Positions 1-8,565 of a stretch of 64,000 nucleotides of DNA are shown here, piece after piece. The notes under the pieces are model-generated. The model ran no database searches. It was not told where the DNA came from and worked only from the letters and a program-made list of their open reading frames with translations. The translations under genes were made by a program, and so were the position numbers. The DNA is from an uncultured Actinomycetes bacterium (lineage in GTDB: Bacteria > Actinomycetota > Thermoleophilia > Gaiellales > Gaiellaceae), in the NCBI GenBank assembly GCA_963766725.1, contig CAVYBK010000001.1, positions 87,822 through 151,821 of the forward strand. Direction: 5' to 3'. Positions within the stretch are counted from its first letter, which is position 1. Every line of letters begins with the position of its first letter.

Positions 1-426
1 GAGATCGAGGGCTGCTACCTCTACGACGTCGACGACCTCGAGCGGGTCGTCGAGGAGAGCGTGGCGGGCCGGCGCGAGGAGGCCGTGCGCGCCGAAGCGA
101 TCGTCGCCGAGGAGGCCGAGGGTTTCCGCGCCTGGCAGCTCTCGCTCGACGTCGTCCCGGCGATCGCATCTCTCCGGGCGCGCGCCGAGTCGATCCGGAC
201 GAGCGAGCTCGAACGTGCCGAGGGCCGCCTCGGTTCCCTGAGCCCGAGCGAGCGGCGCGCGGTCGAGTCTCTCACCGCGCAGATCGTGAACAAGCTCCTC
301 CACGCGCCCACCGTTCGGATGAAGCAGGCGGCAGCGGCCGCCGACGGTGTCCTCTACGCGGACGCGGTGCGCCACCTCTTCGACCTCGACGACCGTGATT
401 CTTCGGCTCGGCAGCCGGGGGAGTAG
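1..426 (+). CDS. hemA: glutamyl-tRNA reductase, C-terminal part (5' end outside window)
   Basis: Frame 1 is open from nt 1. Translation ...SLTAQIVNKLLHAPTVRMKQAA... matches the HemA C-terminal region. Directly followed by hemC and hemD. Confidence 0.85.
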   Translation, partial: EIEGCYLYDVDDLERVVEESVAGRREEAVRAEAIVAEEAEGFRAWQLSLDVVPAIASLRARAESIRTSELERAEGRLGSLSPSERRAVESLTAQIVNKLLHAPTVRMKQAAAAADGVLYADAVRHLFDLDDRDSSARQPGE

Positions 427-1225
427 GCTCGCGCTGACGCAGGCGGAGATCGCCGCCGACGCGCTCCGCTCCGCCAATCCCGAACTCGATGTCGCGCTCG
501 TCCCGATGACGACCGCGGGAGATCGCGACCGCTCGAAGCCGTTCGGCGAGATCGGCGAGCGCGGGGTCTTCGTGAAGGAGATCGAGGAGGCGCTCCTGGC
601 CGGCCGCATCGACGTTGCCGTCCATTCTGCGAAAGACATGACGTCGACGGACGTGGACGGGCTGGCGGTCGCGGCCTTCCTCGCCCGCGAGGATCCCCGC
701 GATGCACTGTGCGGCGCGGACGGGCTCACGCCCGGGATGCGGATCGGGACGGCGTCGGTGCGTCGCCGCGCGCAGCTTCTCGCGCTCGAGCCGGAGCTCT
801 CGATCGAGCCGCTGCGCGGGAACGTCGACACACGCCTGCGGAAGCGCGGCGAGCGCGGGCTCGACGCGATCGTGCTCGCGGCGGCCGGGCTCGACAGGCT
901 GGGTCTCTCGGACGAGATCGGCCATCGCTTCGACCCGGACGAGCTCGTGCCGGAGGCAGGGCAAGGCGCCGTTGCGCTCCAGGTGCGTGCGGGCGAGGAG
1001 GAGCTCGCCGCGGGTATCGACGACCCGGAGACGCGGCGCCGTGTGACGGCCGAGCGCGCATGCGTTGCACGGATCGGCGCCGGCTGCCTCGCTCCCGTCG
1101 CGGCCCATCACGACGGCGAGGCGCTGACCGCGCTGATCGCGGCCGAGGACGGCGCATGGATCGAGCGCAGGCGCGGCGACGATCCACTTGCTCTCGCTGA
1201 CGAGCTCCTCGCCGCGGTGCCGTGA
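395..1225 (+). CDS. hemC: porphobilinogen deaminase (hydroxymethylbilane synthase)
   Basis: VILRLGSRGSRLALTQAE N-terminus, AVHSAKD motif, GAGCLAPVAA cofactor-Cys region. GTG at 395 preferred over the track start at 347. Confidence 0.9.
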   Translation: MILRLGSRGSRLALTQAEIAADALRSANPELDVALVPMTTAGDRDRSKPFGEIGERGVFVKEIEEALLAGRIDVAVHSAKDMTSTDVDGLAVAAFLAREDPRDALCGADGLTPGMRIGTASVRRRAQLLALEPELSIEPLRGNVDTRLRKRGERGLDAIVLAAAGLDRLGLSDEIGHRFDPDELVPEAGQGAVALQVRAGEEELAAGIDDPETRRRVTAERACVARIGAGCLAPVAAHHDGEALTALIAAEDGAWIERRRGDDPLALADELLAAVP

Positions 1226-1872
1226 GAGTCGCCGTCACGGGCACGGACGAGCGCCTGGTCGAGCGACTGCGCGCGGACGGCTTCGAGGTCGTTGCGGTGC
1301 CGCTGATTCGCATCGAGGAGATCGACGGGCCAGGCATCGAGCCCGAGCGCTACGACTGGATCCTCGTTACCAGCCGGAACGCAGTCGAGCCGCTTCTGCG
1401 GCGACTCCAGGGCTCGCCCGGCCGGATCGCGTCGATCGGCCCGGGGACCGCAGAGGCGCTCAGGGCTCACGGCATCGAGCCGGCCCTCGTCGCCGAGCGC
1501 TCGACCCAGGAGGGGCTCGTCGACGAGCTCCCGAAGCCGCCTGGCCGCGTCCTGCACGCGGCCGCCGAGGACGCCCGCGACGTGCTCGTCCGCGAACTCG
1601 GCGCCGAGCTCGTGCCGCTCTATCGCACCGTCGAGCTGGAGGTCTCGTCGTTCCCCGACGCCGACCTGGTCGTGCTCGCCTCGGCGTCGGCCGCGCGGGC
1701 ACTCGCCGCGCTTCGGAGAGACCTCGCCTGCGTGAGCATCGGGCCGGTCACTTCGGCGGAGGCGCGCGACGCGGGTCTCGAGGTGGTCGTGGAAGCCGAG
1801 AGCCACGACCTCGACGGTCTCGTCGCAGCCGTTAAGCTCGCCGCATCGCACGCCAGTTCATCACCCTCCTGA
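1222..1872 (+). CDS. hemD: uroporphyrinogen-III synthase
   Basis: GTGA overlap with the hemC stop. HemD-like ...WILVTSRNAV... and a second half-domain. Position in the hem cluster. Confidence 0.75.
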   Translation: MRVAVTGTDERLVERLRADGFEVVAVPLIRIEEIDGPGIEPERYDWILVTSRNAVEPLLRRLQGSPGRIASIGPGTAEALRAHGIEPALVAERSTQEGLVDELPKPPGRVLHAAAEDARDVLVRELGAELVPLYRTVELEVSSFPDADLVVLASASAARALAALRRDLACVSIGPVTSAEARDAGLEVVVEAESHDLDGLVAAVKLAASHASSSPS

Positions 1873-1916
1873 CCGACTTCGGCCTCGAGGACGACTTCGC
1901 GGGAACGTGTCGCGGC

Positions 1917-2654
1917 GTGATCAAGCGCATCGCGCCAGACGTCGAGGTGATCGACATCACGCACGGGATCCCGCCCCAGCACGTGCTGCAGGGCGCACTC
2001 GTCCTCGCGAACACGCTTCCCTACATGCCCACAGGGGTGCACGTCGCGATCGTGGATCCAGGTGTCGGCAGCGAGCGGAAGCCGATCGCTCTGCGGGGAG
2101 GCGACGATCGTCTCTACGTCGGGCCCGACAACGGGCTTCTTCTTGTGGCCGCGGACCGGTTCGGCGGCGTCGCAGAGGCGGTCGAGATCGCGGAGGCCGC
2201 CTACATGCTCGAGCGAATCTCCCACACGTTTCACGGGCGCGACATCTTCTCGCCGGCCGCCGCGCACCTGGCGAGCGGCGTCGAGATCGCGAAGCTCGGG
2301 CCCGCGCTCGACCCCGCCGGGCTGCACCGGCTCGAGTTCCCCGAGCCGTCGATCGGCGAAGCGCGGATCCGGGCCACCGTCCTCTACGTCGATCGCTACG
2401 GCAACGTGCAGCTCAACCTCACCGCCGAGCACCTCTCCCGTGTCGGAATCGACCCCGGCACGCGCGTGGAGGTCGAGGTCGGCTTCGAGCGCTACTTCGC
2501 CGTCGCCGCGCGCACCTTCGCAGACGCACGCATGGGCGACATCGTGCTCTACGAGGACGCCTACGCCAACATCGCCCTCGCCATCAACCGCGGGGACGCG
2601 GCGCGGATGTTCGCCGTACGGGTCGGAGACGAGCTGCGCCTCACGCCGGCGTGA
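1917..2654 (+). CDS. SAM hydroxide adenosyltransferase family protein (DUF62); true start probably upstream near 1836-1860
   Basis: Family-typical blocks DITHGIPP, VDPGVGS, HTFHGRDIF, VDRYGN. Homology (FITLLTDFGLEDDF) extends upstream of the first ATG, but no ATG/GTG/TTG follows the in-frame TAA at 1833. Confidence 0.8.
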   Translation: MIKRIAPDVEVIDITHGIPPQHVLQGALVLANTLPYMPTGVHVAIVDPGVGSERKPIALRGGDDRLYVGPDNGLLLVAADRFGGVAEAVEIAEAAYMLERISHTFHGRDIFSPAAAHLASGVEIAKLGPALDPAGLHRLEFPEPSIGEARIRATVLYVDRYGNVQLNLTAEHLSRVGIDPGTRVEVEVGFERYFAVAARTFADARMGDIVLYEDAYANIALAINRGDAARMFAVRVGDELRLTPA

Positions 2655-3319
2655 GACAGCGGCTGGAGGCGGCCGGACGGCGGTTCGCCCGGCTCACCAC
2701 GCAGGTCGTCGTGGCGCGGCCGGTTCTCTGGCGGCTCTTTCGCAGGCCCATGCGCCGGCAGTTCGGCTCGCTGGCGTCGACCTGGGACGGGCGCATCGGG
2801 CCGGAGGGCCTCGTCCCGCTCGGCGCCGCCCTCGACCGGCTCGGCGAGCCTCCGCGCAAGGTGCTCGACCTCGGCACGGGAACGGGGAAGGCGGCGCGCG
2901 TCGTGGCGAAGCGGTTCCCGGACGCCGAGGTGGTCGGCGTCGACCTCGCGCCCGAGATGGTCGAGGAGGCGCAGCGCCTGCTTCCGTCCGAGCTCGCCGG
3001 GCGCGTCTCCTTCCAGGTCGCGGACGGGGCGAGCCTGCCCTTTGCGGACGGGTCGTTCGACCTCGTCGTCCTTCAGAACATGATCCCGTTCTTCGAGGAG
3101 CTCGGCCGGGTCACGGCGCCGGGCGGCCACGCCATCTTCGCGTTCTCGCGCGGGGCGGAGACGCCGATCTGGGTCCCGCCCGACAAGCTCCGCGCCCGCC
3201 TCGGCGAGGTCGGCTTCGAGGACGTCCAGGAGCTCGCAGCGGGAGCGGCGTCGCCGTCCTTGCCGCCCGGGCCGACCCCGTCTAGGATCCTGGGCCAAGC
3301 GACGTCCGCGGCACGGTAG
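2651..3319 (+). CDS. class I SAM-dependent methyltransferase
   Basis: Motif I VLDLGTGTGK, DLAPEMV, FDLVVLQNM. GTG at 2651 overlaps the upstream TGA (GTGA). Confidence 0.85.
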   Translation: MRQRLEAAGRRFARLTTQVVVARPVLWRLFRRPMRRQFGSLASTWDGRIGPEGLVPLGAALDRLGEPPRKVLDLGTGTGKAARVVAKRFPDAEVVGVDLAPEMVEEAQRLLPSELAGRVSFQVADGASLPFADGSFDLVVLQNMIPFFEELGRVTAPGGHAIFAFSRGAETPIWVPPDKLRARLGEVGFEDVQELAAGAASPSLPPGPTPSRILGQATSAAR

Positions 3320-3367
3320 CACCGGCCCGGACGTCGTTTTTCGCGTTCTGCTGACGGCAGGGCCGAG

Positions 3368-3440
3368 TGGCGAGGGCCGGAATCGAACCGGCGACACCAC
3401 GGTTTTCAGCCGTGTGCTCTACCAACTGAGCTACCTCGCC
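3368..3440 (-). tRNA. tRNA-Phe (anticodon GAA)
   Basis: Minus strand reads GGCGAGG TA GCTC AGTTGGTA GAGC A CACGG CTGAAAA CCGTG GTGTC GCCGG TTCGATT CCGGC CCTCGCC A. This is a full cloverleaf of 73 nt; CCA is not encoded. Confidence 0.9.
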
Positions 3441-3529
3441 GCGCGGGGGACAGAGTATCGGACGCCGCCTCGTCCCTTGGCAGGCGCGCGCCCGCGCGGT
3501 CAAGGGCACGCTTCGCGGCACTGGCTGAT

Positions 3530-3535
3530 TAGCTT
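3530..3535 (+). promoter_or_regulatory. putative -10 box (tagctt) for leaderless arginase mRNA
   Basis: TAnnnT hexamer 7 nt upstream of GTG 3543. No Shine-Dalgarno sequence. Confidence 0.4.
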
Positions 3536-3542
3536 CCTCTCC

Positions 3543-4445
3543 GTGCACAAACGAAAGCTCGCAGTCATCGGCGGCGCGCTCGACCTGGGCGCCGGCCGTC
3601 GCGGCGTGGACATGGGGCCCTCCGCGATCCGCTACGCGGGCCTGGACGACCGCCTGACGCGCCTCGGGCTCGAGTGCTCGGACTGGGGCAACGTCGAGAC
3701 GGTGGTCCCGGAAGCGACCGCGTCCGGAGACCCGAGTGCTCGCTTCCTCACCGAGATCAAGAACGCCTGCGAGCGCATTGCCCGTCGTGTGGCGGCGGTG
3801 GCCAAGGAAGGCTCCGTCCCGATCGTCCTCGGCGGCGACCACTCGATCGCGCTCGGGACGCTCGGCGGGCTCGCCGCGACCCACGGGGCCGGCGGAGTGC
3901 TCTGGTTCGACGCGCACGGCGACCTGAACACGCCGGAGACCTCGCCGAGCGGAAACGTCCACGGGATGCCTCTCGCCGCCGCGCTCGGCCTGGCAGACGA
4001 CGCCTTCGGCAGCGATGCGTGGCCGCTCCCGGCCGTGAAGCCGGAGCACGTCTTCCTCATCGGCGTGCGCTCCCTCGACGACGGCGAGCGCGAGCTGGTG
4101 CGCCGGCTCGGAATGTCCGTCTACACCATGACCGACCTGGACCGGCGCGGTGTCGAGCCCGTCGTCCGCGAGGTACTCGAGCGCGTGGCCGATGCGGCAT
4201 TCGTCCACGTCTCCCTCGACATGGACGTGGTCGACCCCGACGTCAGCTCCGGGAGTGGGCACGCCCGGTGCGCGGCGGCTTTCTCCTATCGGGAGGCGCA
4301 CCTCGCCATGGAGCTCGTCGCCGAGTCAGGCGTCCTCGGCTCGATGGACGTCGTCGAGGTGAACCCGATCCTCGACCGCGAGAACGCTACCGCCCAGCTC
4401 GCCGTCGAGCTCGTGGCGAGCGCCCTCGGCGAGACAATTCTCTAA
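3543..4445 (+). CDS. rocF: arginase (ureohydrolase family); substrate-loop motif disrupted by a compensated frameshift
   Basis: GGDHSIALG, DAHGDLNTP, SGNVHGMPLA, SLDMDVVDP, SYREAH. The APGVGTP/VRGGF block at 4245-4283 is only readable in the other two frames. Confidence 0.85.
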   Translation: MHKRKLAVIGGALDLGAGRRGVDMGPSAIRYAGLDDRLTRLGLECSDWGNVETVVPEATASGDPSARFLTEIKNACERIARRVAAVAKEGSVPIVLGGDHSIALGTLGGLAATHGAGGVLWFDAHGDLNTPETSPSGNVHGMPLAAALGLADDAFGSDAWPLPAVKPEHVFLIGVRSLDDGERELVRRLGMSVYTMTDLDRRGVEPVVREVLERVADAAFVHVSLDMDVVDPDVSSGSGHARCAAAFSYREAHLAMELVAESGVLGSMDVVEVNPILDRENATAQLAVELVASALGETIL

Positions 4446-5222
4446 GCCTCGAGGAAGGCGTCGATCGCGGCTGCGGTCTCGTCGAACGCGTCCCAGAGGA
4501 CGCTGTGCCCGCCGGGCACGACCTCGAGCGTGAGCAGGTCGCCGAGCGCGCGCCGGTAAAGCTCGGCCTCGCCCGGCCGTCATGACGACTCGAGAGGGAT
4601 CCGACGACGACGAGGGTCGGGAATGCGCAACGCGCCGAACGGCGGTGGCGGCGTCGCCCATCTGCAGGTAGGCGTCGCCGACGCAGATCGCAGGAGTAGC
4701 GCAGGTGCAGCCGACCCGTCCTCGGCCGGTGAACGCATGCTGGCTCGACCTCCTCCTCGAGAATCTCCCGCGGGCGTGTGGGCGAGCCCGCTGCGGAGCA
4801 TCCGCGCTTCGATCGCCTCGTCCACGGAGGCGTAGGTCTCCTCCTTGCGAGCTTCGCGGCTGAGGTCTGTCGAGTGCGGGCGGCGGGATGAAGACGGCCG
4901 GGTCGAGGAGAACCGCCCGCCGGACGAGCTCGGGCCGCACCGCGGCCACCTCCATCGTCAGCCGGCCGCCGAAGCTGTGTCCGATCCAGTAGGCGGGCCG
5001 GTCGAAGGTCTCGAGCAGGTCGGCGACATGGGTGGCGATGTCCCACGGCTCGTCCCAGGTGGAGTGCCCATGGCCGCGCAGGTCGGCGGCGACCACGTGG
5101 AACCGGTTGGCGAGCCGTTCCTCGGCGAGCTTGCGGAAGCGGAGCCCGTGCCCTGTGACGCCGTGGAGACAGACGACGAGCGCTGCGCTCTCGTCGCCCC
5201 ACTCGTAGGTGTTCAGCTTCAC
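4442..5222 (-). pseudogene. alpha/beta hydrolase, multiply frameshifted as given
   Basis: The N-terminal 110 aa (VCLHGVTGHG, HSFGG nucleophile elbow) are in one frame. Later conserved blocks (YASVDEAIEARM, REILEEEVE, PTLVVVGS, VPGGHSVLWDAFDETAAAIDAFLEA*) are spread over all three frames. The GTG start overlaps the rarA stop (GTGA). Confidence 0.75.
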
Positions 5223-6463
5223 GCGTCTTCCTCGGACTCGTAGTACGTTCGCCCCTTGAGCTCGTCCGGGAGGTAGTCGGCGTCGTAGCCGGACGGGTCG
5301 TTGGGCGGATACACGTAGCCCTGCCCGTGGCCGAGCTTCTTCGCGCCCGGGTAGTGGGCGTCGCGAAGCGCCTTCGGCGGCTGGAGAGCGCCGTGCTCGC
5401 GCACGTCCTGGGAGGCCGCGCCGATCGCCTTGATCACGGCGTTCGACTTCGGCGCCCGCGCGAGATAGATCGTCGCGTGCGCGAGGTTGAGCCGCGCCTC
5501 GGGCAGGCCGACGTGCTCGACCGCGTGCGCCGCCGCGACGGCGACGAGAAGCGCCCGGGAGTCGGCCATGCCGATGTCCTCGGAGGCGTGCACGATCAGG
5601 CGCCGCGCGATGAAGCGCGGGTCCTCGCCGCCTTCGAGCATGGACGCGAGGTAGTAGAGCGCGGCGTCGGGATCGGAGCCGCGGATCGCCTTGATGAACG
5701 CCGACGTGAAGTCGTAGTGGGCATCGCCGCCCTTGTCGTAGACCACACGGCGACGCCGTGCCGCGTCCTCGACGTGCCGTTCCTCGAGCGCGACGCCTTC
5801 GGCGCCGGCGGTCTGGGCGGCGAGCTCGAGGGTGTTGAGCGCGGCGCGGGCGTCACCGCCCGCCCGGCGGGCCACGAGCGCCACGAGGTCGTCCGAGAGC
5901 TCGACGCCGAGGTGCTCGGCTCCCCTGCGGACGATGACCTCCAGGTCCTCGTCCGACAGAGGCTCGAGCTCGTAGATCTGCGAGCGCGAGAGAAGAGCCG
6001 AGTTGACCTCGAAATAGGGGTTCTCCGTCGTCGCGCCGATCAGCGTGATGAGCCCGGACTCGACGGCAGGCAGGAGCGCGTCCTGCTGGGCCTTGTTGAA
6101 GCGGTGGATCTCGTCGAGGAAGAGGATCGTGCGCGTCCCGCTCGTCCCCAGCCGCTCGGTCGCGCGCTGGAGGACGGCGCGTACGTCGGAGACCGAGGCC
6201 GACACGGCCGAGAGCTCCTCGAAGTCCGCGCCTGTCGTCTCGGCGACGATTCGAGCCAGCGTCGTCTTCCCGCTTCCGGGCGGCCCGTAGAAGATCGCCG
6301 ACCCGATGCGGTCCCCGGCGATTGCGAGGGCGAGCGCCGAGCCATGGCCGACCACGTGCTCCTGCCCGACGAAGTCGTCGAGCCTCCGCGGCCGCAGCCG
6401 CGTGGCCAGAGGCGCGAAGTCGTCGAGACGCCCGCGCGCTGCGTCGGAGAAGAGATCGCTCAC
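5219..6463 (-). CDS. rarA: replication-associated recombination protein A (AAA+ ATPase)
   Basis: [11 protein letters not shown] Walker [20 protein letters not shown], MgsA C-terminal domain. GTG 6463 is favoured by a -10-like hexamer; alternative GTG at 6481. Confidence 0.9.
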   Translation of the reverse strand: MSDLFSDAARGRLDDFAPLATRLRPRRLDDFVGQEHVVGHGSALALAIAGDRIGSAIFYGPPGSGKTTLARIVAETTGADFEELSAVSASVSDVRAVLQRATERLGTSGTRTILFLDEIHRFNKAQQDALLPAVESGLITLIGATTENPYFEVNSALLSRSQIYELEPLSDEDLEVIVRRGAEHLGVELSDDLVALVARRAGGDARAALNTLELAAQTAGAEGVALEERHVEDAARRRRVVYDKGGDAHYDFTSAFIKAIRGSDPDAALYYLASMLEGGEDPRFIARRLIVHASEDIGMADSRALLVAVAAAHAVEHVGLPEARLNLAHATIYLARAPKSNAVIKAIGAASQDVREHGALQPPKALRDAHYPGAKKLGHGQGYVYPPNDPSGYDADYLPDELKGRTYYESEEDA

Positions 6464-6470
6464 GGTGGGA

Positions 6471-6478
6471 AGTATGCT
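6471..6478. promoter_or_regulatory. shared -10 region of divergent leaderless rarA (catact, minus) and M20 peptidase (tatgct, plus)
   Basis: The start codons at 6463 (minus) and 6485 (plus) are separated by only 21 nt. The hexamers lie 7 and 6 nt from the respective starts. Confidence 0.4.
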
Positions 6479-6484
6479 CACGCG

Positions 6485-7753
6485 ATGGCCACGGCCCCGG
6501 TGCGCGACGAGGCGACCGAGCTCCTGCAGGGGCTTCTGCGCGCCAACACGGTCAACCCGCCGGGGAACGAGACGCTCGCCGCCGAGCTCCTCCGCGCGTA
6601 TCTCGAGGACGCAGGAGTCGAATGCGAGCTCTACGCCAAGGTGCCGGAACGGGCGAACCTCGTCGCGCGGATTCCGGGCCGCGGCGGCCCGACGCTCGCG
6701 CTCATCTCGCACACGGACACGGTGCGCGCCGATCCCGAGGAGTGGACCCTCGACCCGTGGTCGGGCGAGCTTCGTGACGGGGAGATCTGGGGACGGGGAG
6801 CCCTCGACATGAAGAGCCACGTCGCGGCCGCGGCCGTCGCCGTCGCCACGTTGGCCCGGGAAGGCTTCGTGCCCGCCGGCGACCTGATCTTCGTCGCCTC
6901 TGCCGACGAGGAGGTCGGCGAGGACTTCGGTCTCTCGTGGCTCTGCGCCAACCATCCGGACGCGGTGCGCGCCGACTACTGCGTGAACGAGGGCGGTGGC
7001 GACCGGCTGGTGATCAACGGGCGCCCGGCCTACCTGTGCGGGACCGCAGAGAAGATGAGCTCGCCATTCGTCCTCCGCGTGCACGGCCGGAGCGGGCACG
7101 CGTCCATGCCGGGAATCGCGGACAACGCACTCGTGCGCGCTGCGAGGCTCATCCAGCGGCTGGCGGAGTACAAGCCGAAGACCCGGGCTCTGCCCGAGGC
7201 CGATGCCTTCCTCCGGCTCGTGGGGACGAGCGACCCCAACGAGCTCGAGCAGCCGCTCCGCGCGGTCGTCGAGCCGATGCTCTCGCACGCGATCTCGCCG
7301 ACGATCATCGAGGCGTCCAAGCAGACGAACGTCATCCCCGCGCTCTGCACGGTGGTCTGCGACTGCCGTCTGCTGCCGGGCGAGACGCAGGCCGAGGCCG
7401 AGGCCGAGATCCGGGCGGCGCTCGGCGAGGACAACTACGACTTCGTCTGGGTCGAGGGCGTCGGCGGCACGGCATCGCCGCTCGATACTCCACTCTGGCG
7501 TGCGATCGAGAGCTTCGTCGAGGCGGAGGAGCCGGGCGCCGCGCTTGCACCCATCGTCAACGCCGGATTCACGGACAGCCACTTCATGCGCTCGGCCTTC
7601 GGGACGGTCTGTTACGGGTTCTTCCCCATGCGGGCAATGGAGTCCGAGGTCGCGGCGGCGCTGATCCACTCCGCCGACGAGCGCATCCCGGTGGACGACC
7701 TCGAGCTTGGAACCCGCTTCCTCATGCACGTGGCACGTACACTCGGAGAGTGA
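6485..7753 (+). CDS. M20 family metallopeptidase
   Basis: LISHTDTV, GRGALDMK, ADEE metal-ligand blocks, GHAS, ADERI. Confidence 0.85.
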   Translation: MATAPVRDEATELLQGLLRANTVNPPGNETLAAELLRAYLEDAGVECELYAKVPERANLVARIPGRGGPTLALISHTDTVRADPEEWTLDPWSGELRDGEIWGRGALDMKSHVAAAAVAVATLAREGFVPAGDLIFVASADEEVGEDFGLSWLCANHPDAVRADYCVNEGGGDRLVINGRPAYLCGTAEKMSSPFVLRVHGRSGHASMPGIADNALVRAARLIQRLAEYKPKTRALPEADAFLRLVGTSDPNELEQPLRAVVEPMLSHAISPTIIEASKQTNVIPALCTVVCDCRLLPGETQAEAEAEIRAALGEDNYDFVWVEGVGGTASPLDTPLWRAIESFVEAEEPGAALAPIVNAGFTDSHFMRSAFGTVCYGFFPMRAMESEVAAALIHSADERIPVDDLELGTRFLMHVARTLGE

Positions 7754-8565
7754 GCAGGGACAAGGTTCGGCTCGGGGGGATGGCTCTCGCCAACGGGGTT
7801 CTGGTGCACGGGCCCCGCTACTGGGCCTGCGCCGTCCGCCTCGAGGACGGTGGCGTGGAGGTGGCCTCCGGGCTCAAGCCGCTGCGCGCGTCCGAGATCG
7901 AGAACCGCCTGATCCGAGGCCCCGCGCGGATGGCGGAGATCTTCGCGCTCCTGCCCGAGATCCGGCGTCGCCTTCCCGCGGCGCAGCTTCCGTTCCAGCG
8001 CCCCGCGGTGGTGGCGGCCATGGTCGGGAGTGCGGCTGCGGTGCGCCTCGTCCGCGGCAGCAGGCTCTCCATGGCTGCGCAGGAAATCCTCGCGGCCGCC
8101 CTGGCCGTCGGCCCGGCCGCAGTTGCGATGCGCGGCTCGAACCTCGCCTCCTACCACGGAGCAGAGCACATCTCCATCGGGACGTACGAGCACGGCGAGA
8201 AACGCGCGAAGGAGCACGAGCGCTGCGGCTCGCACCTACTCGGACCGCTCCTCCTCACCTCTGCGGTCGGAAACGCGCTCACCGCGCGGGCGCCGTCGTC
8301 TCTGCGTCCCGCTGCTCGCGTGGCGGCGGGCGTCGGCGCGCTCGCGGCCTCGGTGGAGCTCTTCTCCTGGATGGTGCAGAACGAGAAGAACCCGCTCGCC
8401 CGCGCACTCGCGATGCCGGGCCACGAGCTCCAGCACCGCTTCGTCACGGCCGAGCCCACGCCCGAGCAGCTCGAGGTCGCGAACCTCGCTCTAGACGAAT
8501 GCGTCCGCCTAGAATCTGCTGCAAATGGCGACAACGGAGCAGCGGAGGAAGCGCCTCCCACCTGA
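7750..8565 (+). CDS. DUF1385 domain-containing membrane-associated protein
   Basis: LGGMALANGVLVHGP...YHGAEH...CGS pattern typical of DUF1385. GTGA overlap with the upstream stop. Confidence 0.7.
   Translation: MSRDKVRLGGMALANGVLVHGPRYWACAVRLEDGGVEVASGLKPLRASEIENRLIRGPARMAEIFALLPEIRRRLPAAQLPFQRPAVVAAMVGSAAAVRLVRGSRLSMAAQEILAAALAVGPAAVAMRGSNLASYHGAEHISIGTYEHGEKRAKEHERCGSHLLGPLLLTSAVGNALTARAPSSLRPAARVAAGVGALAASVELFSWMVQNEKNPLARALAMPGHELQHRFVTAEPTPEQLEVANLALDECVRLESAANGDNGAAEEAPPT

Noticed and set aside
272-1337. Long antisense or overlapping ORFs throughout the track. Examples: 272-1111(-), 726-1337(-), the 5' parts of 5327-7753(+) and 5219-7729(-), 21594-23714(-) upstream of 22274, 45436-46890(-), 61928-62968(-) and 62832-63803(-).
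   Set aside because: Their translations are Arg/Pro/Ala/Gly-rich with no motifs. They lie opposite or out of frame to genes with clear homology. Stop codons are rare in all frames at this GC content.
3320-3542. tRNA-Phe as an integration hotspot or genomic island boundary.
   Set aside because: There is no integrase, no duplicated tRNA 3' segment and no compositional break on either side. The flanking genes are ordinary housekeeping genes.
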